Below are positions 9,891 to 19,074 of a stretch of DNA of 53,172 nt, piece by piece. The stretch is from Candidatus Moranbacteria bacterium CG_4_9_14_3_um_filter_44_28 (lineage in GTDB: Bacteria > Patescibacteriota > Minisyncoccia > Moranbacterales > UBA11712): positions 1 through 53,172 of the forward strand of contig PFVO01000018.1 of assembly GCA_002790655.1 (NCBI GenBank). Direction: 5' to 3'. The notes below the pieces were generated by a model, which was given only the letters and a program-made list of their open reading frames with translations, ran no database searches and was not told the origin of the DNA. Both the position numbers and the translations under genes were made by a program. How positions within the stretch are numbered: position 1 is the stretch's first letter; each line of letters opens with the position of its first letter.

Positions 9891-10298
9891 CTAGTCGATT
9901 TGGTTAATCTCCAAAATACATATGGACACCACTGTTCCTTGGGCACACTCAAGGAACACGGTACCAGATCCCTCCCACACTGAAACAACGACCAATCTCC
10001 CGATTTTATTCTTTATAAGGGCGACTCTGGTCACATCGTTAATGATTAAATTATGCGTTTTCACTTCGCCCTTTGGGGTGTGCAATACGCCAGAATTAAA
10101 ATCTACCCACACTCCGGAATTTTTAGCAGCCTGTTCCGCTCCTTTAAAAACCAGAAGCTTTACACCTTTTATCGTGTACGTGCGTTCCGGTTTCACTTCT
10201 GCCGGTGGCTGAGCATTCGTTTCTGCTCTAGCTGCACCGCAAATTGTAAGGCAGAAACAATAGATTGCTACAATCAATAAAGCAATCGGCTTTCTCAT
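9891..10298 (-). CDS. Hypothetical exported protein
   Basis: Signal peptide (MRKPIALLIVAIY...ARA); SD-like ggagggg upstream. Confidence 0.7.
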   Translation of the reverse strand: MRKPIALLIVAIYCFCLTICGAARAETNAQPPAEVKPERTYTIKGVKLLVFKGAEQAAKNSGVWVDFNSGVLHTPKGEVKTHNLIINDVTRVALIKNKIGRLVVVSVWEGSGTVFLECAQGTVVSICILEINQID

Positions 10299-10339
10299 AA
10301 ACGCCCCTCCCGTGGAAAAATTTTGCGCCTGTCGTCTTG

Positions 10340-10399
10340 CCCCGCACCAAAAATGCGTTTTTCGCGTTTTCTCAATAGTTCTCGAATTTTGGTGCGGGG
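10340..10399. repeat. Intergenic inverted-repeat element
   Basis: 13-bp TIR ccccgcaccaaaa / ttttggtgcgggg; ends resemble the gatB insert. Confidence 0.7.
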
Positions 10400-10492
10400 T
10401 GCACAGAGCGCTTTTTTACCTTGACTATTCTTATTGTCAAATGGCAGGCCATTGCGATATAATATAGTCAGCTGATTAATTTTTTAAGCGGA

Positions 10493-12169
10493 ATGGAAAA
10501 AAGAAAAACAAATATCCCCAAAAAACCTGCCCTAAAAAACAGATTGTTTCAGAGTTTTCGTGATCGGTCATTTCTCCGACATAGACATTTCTACCTGGCG
10601 CTGGCCGCTGCAATTTTTTTCATTGCCATCCTTGCCCGCACTTATCACTTGAGCTCGCTTCCGCCGGGAGTTTATCCCGATGAAGCCGTGAACGGAACCG
10701 ACGCTATAAACGCCATCGAAACCGGCCATTTTAAACTCTTCTATTCCAATAATTACGGCCGCGAGGGGCTTTTTATGAATCTTATCGCTTTGGGATTTAT
10801 GCTTTTCGGAGTGAATGTCATCACTCTCAAAATGTGGGCCGTTCTTTTCGGCGTTCTGACGGTTGCGGGAATGATGCTTCTCGCCCGGGAACTTTTCGGA
10901 ACATATCGGGCCGGGCTTGTTACCGGATTTCTCTATGCCACTTCTTTCTGGGCCATTAATTTCAACCGGATTTCTTTTCGGGCCAATATGCTTCCGTTTG
11001 TTCTGGTTTTCACTTTCTATTTTCTTTTTAAAGGACTTCGCACGGGAAAATTCGCCGACTACATCTGGGCGGGAATATTTTTTGGCCTGGGGGTGCACGG
11101 GTACATTGCTTTTCGAATTGCCCCGCTGATTCTCGTCGCTCTCTTTATCGCTTTTATCATCTCCAAAAAGAAATTTTTGCGCCAATACTGGAAACCCGTC
11201 GCGGCTTTTTCGCTGGCCGCTTTTTTCGTCGCTCTTCCGATGCTTCTCACTTTCTATTTTCATCCCCAGTATTTTGAAACTCGTTCTGAATCCGTATCCG
11301 TTTTATCCTCAAAAGTCAATCAAGGCCATCTCTGGCAGGCGCTTGGAAAAAGCACCGCTTTGACTCTGGGAATGTTCAATTTCCACGGAGACCAGAACTG
11401 GCGCCACAATTTGCCTCGCTATCCGGAACTCGAATTCTTTGCCGGGATATTCTTTCTGGTCGGAGTAGGTTGGATCACGGGAAGATTTTTTTATCTTCTC
11501 TACCTTCGCATCCGGAAGAAAAAACGGAGCGAAGAACTCATAACCGATACGCTTCTTCTTTCCTGGTTTTTCGCCATGCTTCTTCCGGGAATTCTTACTT
11601 ATGAAGGATTGCCTCATGCCTTGCGCGTAACTGGAGTTCTGCCCGTGACTTTTCTTTTTGTCACTTTCGCAATTGAAAAAACTTTCAGGCTTGCGGGAAA
11701 AATCCGTTCCCCGTTTTGGACAAAGGCAAGCTATCTCATTCTCATCGCTGTCATTGTATGGAGCGGATATATCTCCCTGAAAAGATATTTCGTTGACTGG
11801 GCTGGAAGTCCCGAAATTCATCCTGCCTTTGCCCAAAACTTCAAAAACATCGCTCTTTATCTCAATGGTCTTCCGCCAAATGCGAACAAGTATGTTCTTG
11901 CCAACGCCGGCGGCCAGATTATGGACGACGGTTTGCCTGTCTCCGCTGAAGTAGTAAAACTTCTCACCCACTACCGAACTCCCGGAATCACCTATATCCG
12001 GCCCGGCTTTGACCCGAAAGCCATTATGCCACCGGCCAAAGTAGTCCTGATGTACTATGACGGTGAATCAATCGCCTGGATAAAATCGCTCTACCCCGGA
12101 GCAAAACTGCAAAAAGTTGACCCCCAGCCGGGAAACGGAACGGATTTTTTTGTAGTTAATGTTAATTGA
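10493..12169 (+). CDS. GT-C (ArnT/PMT-like, family 39/83) membrane glycosyltransferase
   Basis: PPGVYPDEA motif after the first TM, many TM helices. Confidence 0.8.
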   Translation: MEKRKTNIPKKPALKNRLFQSFRDRSFLRHRHFYLALAAAIFFIAILARTYHLSSLPPGVYPDEAVNGTDAINAIETGHFKLFYSNNYGREGLFMNLIALGFMLFGVNVITLKMWAVLFGVLTVAGMMLLARELFGTYRAGLVTGFLYATSFWAINFNRISFRANMLPFVLVFTFYFLFKGLRTGKFADYIWAGIFFGLGVHGYIAFRIAPLILVALFIAFIISKKKFLRQYWKPVAAFSLAAFFVALPMLLTFYFHPQYFETRSESVSVLSSKVNQGHLWQALGKSTALTLGMFNFHGDQNWRHNLPRYPELEFFAGIFFLVGVGWITGRFFYLLYLRIRKKKRSEELITDTLLLSWFFAMLLPGILTYEGLPHALRVTGVLPVTFLFVTFAIEKTFRLAGKIRSPFWTKASYLILIAVIVWSGYISLKRYFVDWAGSPEIHPAFAQNFKNIALYLNGLPPNANKYVLANAGGQIMDDGLPVSAEVVKLLTHYRTPGITYIRPGFDPKAIMPPAKVVLMYYDGESIAWIKSLYPGAKLQKVDPQPGNGTDFFVVNVN

Positions 12170-12176
12170 CACGAAG

Positions 12177-12270
12177 TGTCATCCTGAATCCGCCTTGGCG
12201 GATGAAGGATCTCGTTGATAACTGAATTACACGGGATTCTTCACTTCGCTACGCTACGTTCAGAATGACA
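12177..12270. repeat. TGTCAT-ended palindromic REP/MITE-like element
   Basis: TIR tgtcatcctgaa / ttcagaatgaca; internal tccgccttggcgga hairpin; ends 1 nt before the next ATG. Confidence 0.85.
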
Positions 12271-12271
12271 T

Positions 12272-14074
12272 ATGATAAAAATGCTCGAAAAATACCAAAA
12301 TTATATTGTCGCCGCTATTCTCGCAGTGATGCTAATAGTTTCAATAAGCGTTGCTTTCGGTGATGCCGCTATTATGGACGAAGTGGCTCATATTCCGTCA
12401 GGCTATACTTATATCAAATATCACGACTACCGCCTCAATCCGGAACATCCGCCGATTCTCAAAGACTTGGCAGGAAGTCCTCTCCAGTTTCTCAATTTAA
12501 CCTTCCCAGCCAATGAAAATTTCTGGACTGCAGAACCGAACGGGCAATGGAACGCCGGTTGGAAATTTATTTATCTTCCGGAAAACAATACCGAAGCCCT
12601 GCTTTTTTGGTCGCGCTTCCCTATTATTCTTCTTTCCCTTATTCTGGGACTGGTGATTTTCAAATGGGCGAAAGAACTTTTCGGGGCAAAGGCCGGGCTT
12701 TTGGCGCTTACTCTCTATGCTTTTGACCCCAATGTGTTGGGACATAATCATTACGTTACGACCGATCTGGGAATTGCCGCTTTTTCTGTTTTTGCTTTTT
12801 ATTTTTTCACAAAATGCCTTAAAAACCCGAATTGGAAAATGACGATTTTGGCAGGCATATTCCTGGGATTGGCGCAATTGGCGAAATTTTCCGCAGTGCT
12901 TCTCTTCCCTATTTTCGGACTGACGCTTCTAATTTACATATTTTTCCGAAAAGAGAAACTCAAAAATTCGCTATGGGGTTCGCTTAAAATAAAAAGACTT
13001 TGGTTGCAAAAATTTTATCATTACTCTGTCTCTTTTTTCCTGATTATTGTACTTTGTTTCGCGACAATTTGGTTTTTTTATGCGGCCAATATCTATAATA
13101 TGCCGGCGGAAAAAGTCCACCAGCTCATTGATACTCAACTCTACGGCGGAGCGCAAAATCTGGCGTCTCCCTATCTTCACAAAATGGCGGACAGCGCGGT
13201 GCTTCGGCCCTTTGCCCAATATTTCACCGGATTTTTCATGGTCTTCGGCCGGATAGAAGGCGGAAACACGACATATTTTTTTGGACAGGTAACCAACCAG
13301 AGCTTTCGGGAATATTTCCCTTTGGTATTTCTTATAAAGGAACCTATCCCCATTCTCATTTTGCTGCTCGGCGCAATATCAATCGGACTTTATTTCATTC
13401 TCCGAAATAATCTGGCCGATTTTCCCAAACACATCTGGAAAAATATCAAAAATTATCTGGACAACCATATCACCGAAACGGCCATGCTTCTCTTCATCGC
13501 TCTTTATGCCTATGTCAGCATAACCGGAAATCTCAACATCGGCTTTCGCCATCTTTTCCCGATTCTGCCGTTTATGTACATTCTGATTTCCAAAGAAATC
13601 ATTGCTCTCGGAAAAAGACTGCGAGAACGAACGGGGAGAATTTATGGAGGCGTTGTTGCTGTCCTTTTGCTCTGGCTCGTCGCTGAAACCGCCTTTGCTT
13701 ATCCGAACTATCTTGCCTATTTCAACGAAACCATCGGCGGATCAAAAAACGGCTACAAATACGTAACTGATTCCAATGTCGACTGGGGACAGGATCTGAA
13801 GCGCCTCGCTAAATGGGTCGATGAAAACCACGTTGACAAAATTCGGGTTGATTATTTCGGCGGCGGCGATGTCGGTCATTACCTCGGCGGAAAAGCAACT
13901 ATCTGGCACTCCAGTTCAGGACAGGAGCCCGGCTGGTACGCCATCTCGGCGACATTTTTGCAAAACTCGCTCTACTACAAAATCACGGAAGGGAAGCCAG
14001 ACTATCAGTGGCTACGGGAAAGAACGCCGTACGCGCAAGTTGGGCATTCGATATTGATATACAAGATAAACTAA
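12272..14074 (+). CDS. GT-C (family 39-like) membrane glycosyltransferase
   Basis: DEVAHIPSGY, NPEHPP, TTDLG, DSNVDWGQDL motifs; polytopic. Confidence 0.8.
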   Translation: MIKMLEKYQNYIVAAILAVMLIVSISVAFGDAAIMDEVAHIPSGYTYIKYHDYRLNPEHPPILKDLAGSPLQFLNLTFPANENFWTAEPNGQWNAGWKFIYLPENNTEALLFWSRFPIILLSLILGLVIFKWAKELFGAKAGLLALTLYAFDPNVLGHNHYVTTDLGIAAFSVFAFYFFTKCLKNPNWKMTILAGIFLGLAQLAKFSAVLLFPIFGLTLLIYIFFRKEKLKNSLWGSLKIKRLWLQKFYHYSVSFFLIIVLCFATIWFFYAANIYNMPAEKVHQLIDTQLYGGAQNLASPYLHKMADSAVLRPFAQYFTGFFMVFGRIEGGNTTYFFGQVTNQSFREYFPLVFLIKEPIPILILLLGAISIGLYFILRNNLADFPKHIWKNIKNYLDNHITETAMLLFIALYAYVSITGNLNIGFRHLFPILPFMYILISKEIIALGKRLRERTGRIYGGVVAVLLLWLVAETAFAYPNYLAYFNETIGGSKNGYKYVTDSNVDWGQDLKRLAKWVDENHVDKIRVDYFGGGDVGHYLGGKATIWHSSSGQEPGWYAISATFLQNSLYYKITEGKPDYQWLRERTPYAQVGHSILIYKIN

Positions 14075-14196
14075 AAGCTTAAAGCGAAAAACGAAAAGTT
14101 TTGGAACTCGCTTCGCTCGTGACTATTCTTAATTATAAAAAAGCTGTCGCGAAGCGACACCTTAGTTTTTCACTCTTAGTTTTGAGTTTTTAGCTT
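14072..14196. repeat. Heptamer-flanked inverted element (family of 1090-1212), overlapping ftsQ 3' end
   Basis: gaaaagttttggaactcgcttcgctcg...tcgcgaagcgacaccttagtttt. Confidence 0.7.
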
Positions 14197-15060
14197 ATAA
14201 TATACCTTATTCTTCACTCTCAAATCCAAATAATCCAAATTTTTTCTTTTGTCTCCGCCCAATTCCTTCTCGAAAATTGTCTCGAGGATTTTTTTTGCGT
14301 CTTCCGGAGAAATAACACTTGAAAGCTTCAATATCCAGCCTTCGCCTTCCTTGATTTTCACAATAACTTCCTGCGAGCTAACAGCCGGGGTGTGATAATT
14401 TCCCTCGGTTTGAAGCCCCAAATCATCGACAAGAATCACGTCAATTCGCTTGAGATACTGGATGAATTCCGGATTAATCACGGATTTCCTGATTTCAATC
14501 GGCCGCGCATTGTCATCAACGACAATGAGAAAACGGTCTTTATTTAACTCTTCGTCAGTTGCATTCGCCCCGGCATAGACAAATCCGTCTTTGTCTGCCA
14601 GATAGCAGACCCCCCCGCTGCACCAGACAAGCTCCGGCTGTCTCTCTTTTACTTTTATAAGAATGGCTCTGGGAAATTTCTTCTCGATTGAAGAAATTTC
14701 AAGCCGGTTGAAATCATTTTTCAGTTTCTGGTTTATCCGGTTTTTGCTTGCCAGAAAAAAATTGCGCTTCGAGAGATAATCAAAATATTTTCCGCTCATC
14801 ACCTCGTTGACTTTTGCAATAATCTCCTCTGACGGAATATCTTTGTTGCCTTCAACAGCCACCGACTCGATTTCAAGAAAAGGGGAAAAAAGAAGCATAT
14901 AGCCGCAAACTCCCAAAAATCCCAAAAACAAAACCCAAAAAAGAAAGCGGCTGAACTTGCCTCTTTTTTCTCGACTGTTTCTTCTTGGCACACCGGAATA
15001 GACTTTTGGGTTTCTTCTTTTCCAGCTTTTTTCTTTTTCTTTTTTGCGGAAAAAAGACAT
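14176..15060 (-). CDS. ftsQ: Cell division protein FtsQ/DivIB (POTRA)
   Basis: Basic N-terminus, TM helix, LFSPFLEIESVAVEGN, KKFP..I.VKER, YLDLR. Confidence 0.8.
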   Translation of the reverse strand: MSFFRKKEKEKSWKRRNPKVYSGVPRRNSREKRGKFSRFLFWVLFLGFLGVCGYMLLFSPFLEIESVAVEGNKDIPSEEIIAKVNEVMSGKYFDYLSKRNFFLASKNRINQKLKNDFNRLEISSIEKKFPRAILIKVKERQPELVWCSGGVCYLADKDGFVYAGANATDEELNKDRFLIVVDDNARPIEIRKSVINPEFIQYLKRIDVILVDDLGLQTEGNYHTPAVSSQEVIVKIKEGEGWILKLSSVISPEDAKKILETIFEKELGGDKRKNLDYLDLRVKNKVYYKLKTQN

Positions 15061-15100
15061 ATCTTATATAAAATAAAATATACCAGATACTATATACTAA

Positions 15101-15862
15101 CTATAAGATATTTTTCACCACTTTTGCCGCCATCCAGGCATATATGTTAGTCCGGCCATATTTTTTGATTCTTATGGATTCTTTTTTCCCTTGAAAAACG
15201 AAGTTGAATATCTGGCCTTGGGCATCTGTCTTGAGGTCTTCGGCCCGGGCATCTGCATCCTCGGCGAAGCCATAAGTGACAATTTTTGCTTTTGAAAAAC
15301 CAGCGAGACTTTTCACTCTTTCGTCGTCGCTATTGAGCAGCAGATATCCTTTTGCTGGAAGTTCTTTTGCCAGAAACTTCATTTCCTCGAAAATTTTCTC
15401 GAGGCTCGAATTTGAATAGGTATAGCTTCCTTCAATATTCGTGACAATCGCCATTTCCGGATGAACCATTTCGAGAAGATATTCCATGTCGCCTTTTTCT
15501 TCTACGCCAAGTTCGAGAACCAATTTTTTGGGAAATTTTCGCAAGAATAGGGCTCTCATTTTGGCTTGGACAAGTATTTTCAGCCATCGCAGCATTGATG
15601 ATTCTCCCGAATCAAGATAAAGAATTGCAAGAGGCAGTCCGATTTCCGTGTTATAGGATTTGGGATTTCCCCGAACCTCTTTTTCGCCATATTTTTCCCG
15701 CAGAAATTTGAGGATATAATCCTTAGTCGTGGTTTTGTTCGTGCTTCCCGCCACGGCGACAATGAACGGCCTGTGGCGCCAAAGAGTGATCTTCGTGAAG
15801 AGCTTGAGGTGGAATTGGACGATTTTTTTGAGTATTTTTTTCATGGCATTTTTCTCTAACAT
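15101..15862 (-). CDS. Mur ligase (MurF-like) middle domain only, short
   Basis: VAVAGSTNKTTTKD, SYNTEIGLPL, VLELG, LNSDD; 253 aa, no C-terminal domain. Confidence 0.7.
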   Translation of the reverse strand: MLEKNAMKKILKKIVQFHLKLFTKITLWRHRPFIVAVAGSTNKTTTKDYILKFLREKYGEKEVRGNPKSYNTEIGLPLAILYLDSGESSMLRWLKILVQAKMRALFLRKFPKKLVLELGVEEKGDMEYLLEMVHPEMAIVTNIEGSYTYSNSSLEKIFEEMKFLAKELPAKGYLLLNSDDERVKSLAGFSKAKIVTYGFAEDADARAEDLKTDAQGQIFNFVFQGKKESIRIKKYGRTNIYAWMAAKVVKNIL

Positions 15863-15875
15863 CGAATGTTAGGAT

Positions 15876-17108
15876 TCAAATTCTAAAAAATTTTTCCATC
15901 CTCTCAAACGCCTCATTAATATCCTCCTCGCTACGCCCAAAACACATCCGAATGTGGTTTTCTCCGCTGGGGCCGAAGGCCGCGCCGGGAACAACAGCCA
16001 CCTTCGCCTTCTCTAACAATTCTAGGGCAAACTGCCAACTTCCGCCATTTTTTGCGACTCTTCGCAAAATTTCGTCTTTTATTCGAGGGAATACAAAATA
16101 AGCGCTGTCCGGTTTCTGATATTCAAACACATTCTCTAATTTATCCAGTCTTTTACAAATCAAATTCCTTCTTTTTTGGAAATAATCTTTGAATTTTTTG
16201 ACGTCTTCCTGCGCCATCTCAAGCGCCGCTTGAGCCGCGAACTGGGAAACCACCGGCGCACAAGTAACCAGTGTGTCGTGGACGGCAAGAATTTTTTTCG
16301 CCAAATCTTGATGTGTCGCCAAAAATGCGATCCGCCAGCCGGTCATAGCGTAGGCTTTCGAGAAAGAGAAGATGTAAATCAGCCGATCGCGAATGCCGCG
16401 AAGTTCGGCCAGTGAATATAATCTTTCATTGGAATCGTTCACCCTGTTAAATTGCGCCGAAGGCGCACCTGCTTCGCAGGATTTAACAGGGTAAATAAAG
16501 TCCTTGTAAACCTCGTCGCTCAAAATATATAAATTATGCTTGATGGCCAGTTGCGCCAGCGCGTGTAACTGGTTGCGGGTGAAAATCGTTCCCGTTGGAT
16601 TATTTGGATTGCAAAAAAGAAAAGCTTTCGTCCGCGGTGTGATGAGTTTTTCAAATTTTTCAATATCCAGCGCCCAATGTTTTTCTTCAGCAAGCGGAAC
16701 AAAAACGGGAACTCCGCGAGCCACTTTGATCGCCGGCTGATATGATGTGTAAGTCGGGTCGGGAATCAAAACTTCGTCTCCCGGCTCGAGAATTGCCAGA
16801 AGTGTCGCCGTGATAGCCTCAATGGAACCGGCCGTCGCGATAATTTCCGTCTCAAAATCGTAGAATTTGTTTTCTTTTTCAAGGTATTGGGCAATTGTTT
16901 CCCGAAATTCCAAAGTCCCCGGCGCGAGCGAATATTTGGCCACTTTTCCCTTTTCGATCGCATCAATCGCCGCCCTTTTCACGGCTTCCGGTGTATCAAA
17001 AGACGGCACGCCTTGAGCAAGCGAAACAACTCCGGGAATGCGCGACGCCCGGAGCTCCATTTCTTTTATGGGGGAAAGATTAATCTTGTTTTTGTCGGAA
17101 AATTGCAT
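15876..17108 (-). CDS. PLP-dependent aminotransferase class I/II
   Basis: NPNNPTG, SDEVY, SFSKAYAMTGWRI, PGAAFG. Confidence 0.9.
   Translation of the reverse strand: MQFSDKNKINLSPIKEMELRASRIPGVVSLAQGVPSFDTPEAVKRAAIDAIEKGKVAKYSLAPGTLEFRETIAQYLEKENKFYDFETEIIATAGSIEAITATLLAILEPGDEVLIPDPTYTSYQPAIKVARGVPVFVPLAEEKHWALDIEKFEKLITPRTKAFLFCNPNNPTGTIFTRNQLHALAQLAIKHNLYILSDEVYKDFIYPVKSCEAGAPSAQFNRVNDSNERLYSLAELRGIRDRLIYIFSFSKAYAMTGWRIAFLATHQDLAKKILAVHDTLVTCAPVVSQFAAQAALEMAQEDVKKFKDYFQKRRNLICKRLDKLENVFEYQKPDSAYFVFPRIKDEILRRVAKNGGSWQFALELLEKAKVAVVPGAAFGPSGENHIRMCFGRSEEDINEAFERMEKFFRI
16438..16495. repeat. In-frame palindromic insert in aminotransferase
   Basis: accctgttaaat / atttaacagggt arms enclosing hairpins tgcgccgaaggcgca and cctgcttcgcagg; related intergenic copy at 38904-38945. 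Confidence 0.85.
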
Positions 17109-17404
17109 AAATATTCCAATTCCGCCGCAAATATGCTACTGTTTGCTCACAGGAAAATAATATAATAAATCCCTGCGATACACAAATTTCCGCGGATTAT
17201 CCAAAATCAATCCGCCCAAAAACGAGTTATATGAAATACATGTTTTCCTTTACATTTAAAAATGTTGCTTTTTAATAAGGAAACGAATTTAATTTTTTCT
17301 TTTAATTTTAGAGAGGAGTATAAGGCGTTTTTACCTGCTCCTATCGTCGCAGTCAAAAACGATTTTTAATTTTTATTAGAATTTGATAAACTAAATTAAA
17401 AAAT

Positions 17405-18007
17405 ATGGCAAATAATGAAATCCAAAAAATTGAAAAAGAGTTAAATTTTGTGAAGAATAATTATTTAAAACTTCTAACAATATTGCCTAGTTTTAATATT
17501 ACCGATAAAAAAATTTTGCCATATGGTTTAAGAGCCCATACTAGATCTGTAAGTTAGTTAGTTGAACAAGTTATTACTCAACAAACAAAATATAATGCTA
17601 AAAAACTCGGTTTAGATAAAGTTGATTTTGATTTTCCAGATACATCGCTTCACGATTGCGAAATAGTAGTTAATAACAAGAGTTACTTTATAAATGTAAA
17701 AATTCATAATATAGAAGGTAAAGAAAATAAAAACGATATATCCGCGGTAGAAAAACTTTATTTTCAATACAGCGTCAATAAAGACTATAATTTAATTTAT
17801 GCTTGTTTTGGTATTAAGTTTGAAAATATAAAAATAACTTTTGATAAGAATTATTTAGAAATTTTTTCGCCTCAATTTTTACCTATTTATGTTAATCCGA
17901 GAAACGACAAAATACAGGCTACTTATCGACATGATAAAATACACCGAACAAGAGAAGAATTTTCAAAAATGCTCAAGGAAAAATCAAAAAGCATTATTTT
18001 GAAATAA
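17405..18007 (+). pseudogene. Putative PD-(D/E)xK restriction endonuclease with one in-frame TAG
   Basis: 200-codon frame broken only by TAG at 17555-17557 (RSVS*LVEQVI); ...PDTSLHDCEI...FINVK motif; lies directly upstream of the MTase. Confidence 0.65.
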
Positions 18008-18016
18008 AATAGCACT

Positions 18017-18865
18017 ATGAATAAAATTTTTAATGAAGATGTTTTATTGGGGATAGATAAAATAAAAAATAATTCTGTTGATTTAATATTGACAGATCCG
18101 CCTTATTGTCTTGGGAAAGATTATGGTAATGATTCAGACAGGAAATCATCAGATGAATATTTAGAATGGACATACAAATGGATCGATGCGGTATTGCCAA
18201 AGCTAAAAAATTCGGGAAGTTTGTATATTTTTTTAAGCTGGCAATATTCACCGGAAATTTTTGTTTATCTCAAAAAGAAATTAAAAATGATTAATGAGAT
18301 TATTTGGGACCGACGGGTTCCTAGCATGGGTGGTTCAACAAGAAAATTTTCTTCTGTTCATGATAATATAGGTTTCTTTGCAAAAAATGATTATTATTAT
18401 TTTGATATAGACAGCGTGAGAATTCTTTACGATGAAGAAACTAAGAAAGCAAGGACGAGATCAATCTTTGTTGGTAAAAAATGGCTGGAAATTGGATATA
18501 ACCCTAAAGATTTATGGAGTAATTCGAGAATTCACGCCCAAGATCCAGAGAGAGAAAATCACCCCACTCAAAAACCGTTAGAAATAATTGAACGAATGGT
18601 AAAGGCCAGTTGTCCAAAAAATGGTGTAGTTTTTGATCCATTTATGGGGACAGGGACAACCGCCATTGCCTGTTTGGCAAACGATAGACAATATGTAGGA
18701 TTCGAAATAAACAAAGATTATTACAAAATTATAATAAATAGGATTAAAAAATATAATAGTCGCCCCACTTTATTCCAACAACAAAATAATTTGGCTCGGG
18801 GTATTCACCCCCAGCCCCTCTGCCCCTCGCAAAAACAGAAAAAAATAAATTCTTATTCCTATTAA
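18017..18865 (+). CDS. N4-C/N6-A DNA methyltransferase (beta class)
   Basis: DPPY near N-terminus, HPTQKP, DPFMGTGTT near C-terminus. Confidence 0.92.
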   Translation: MNKIFNEDVLLGIDKIKNNSVDLILTDPPYCLGKDYGNDSDRKSSDEYLEWTYKWIDAVLPKLKNSGSLYIFLSWQYSPEIFVYLKKKLKMINEIIWDRRVPSMGGSTRKFSSVHDNIGFFAKNDYYYFDIDSVRILYDEETKKARTRSIFVGKKWLEIGYNPKDLWSNSRIHAQDPERENHPTQKPLEIIERMVKASCPKNGVVFDPFMGTGTTAIACLANDRQYVGFEINKDYYKIIINRIKKYNSRPTLFQQQNNLARGIHPQPLCPSQKQKKINSYSY

Positions 18866-18907
18866 AAAAGCAATTTATTACATAAATTAAAGGAAAACAT
18901 GTACATC

Positions 18908-19005
18908 ATATAACAGCGTGTATGCGGCTACGGCTTCCCTAACGGTAAGCCTTCGCCCATATTGCTCCTTTCGGTCGCAACATCGCATACACGCGGACGT
19001 TATGC
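18908..19005 (+). other. attC-like recombination site
   Basis: ATATAAC ... GTTATGC ends with an 11-bp inner stem gcgtgtatgcg/cgcatacacgc and internal hairpins. Confidence 0.6.
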
Positions 19006-19074
19006 GAAGTCGCGGAGCGACGAGCAGACTGGCGGGAATCGCCGGGCATTATATAACACTTGTGAGATGATGAA

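Larger units (their letters stand above)
17226..19005 (+). mobile_element. Integron-like gene cassette carrying a restriction-modification pair
   Basis: Starts at GTTATAT (17226); ~75-bp imperfect IRs at 17226-17300 and 18837-18914; attC-like site at 18908-19005; AT-rich content. Confidence 0.65.

Noticed and set aside
17555..17557. Stop-codon reassignment (TAG or TGA recoding)
   Set aside because: Other genes end normally at TAG and TGA and show no internal stops, so a single nonsense change is simpler.
18910..19005. tRNA-like cloverleaf
   Set aside because: No T-loop/D-loop consensus or CCA end; it fits an attC-like site better.
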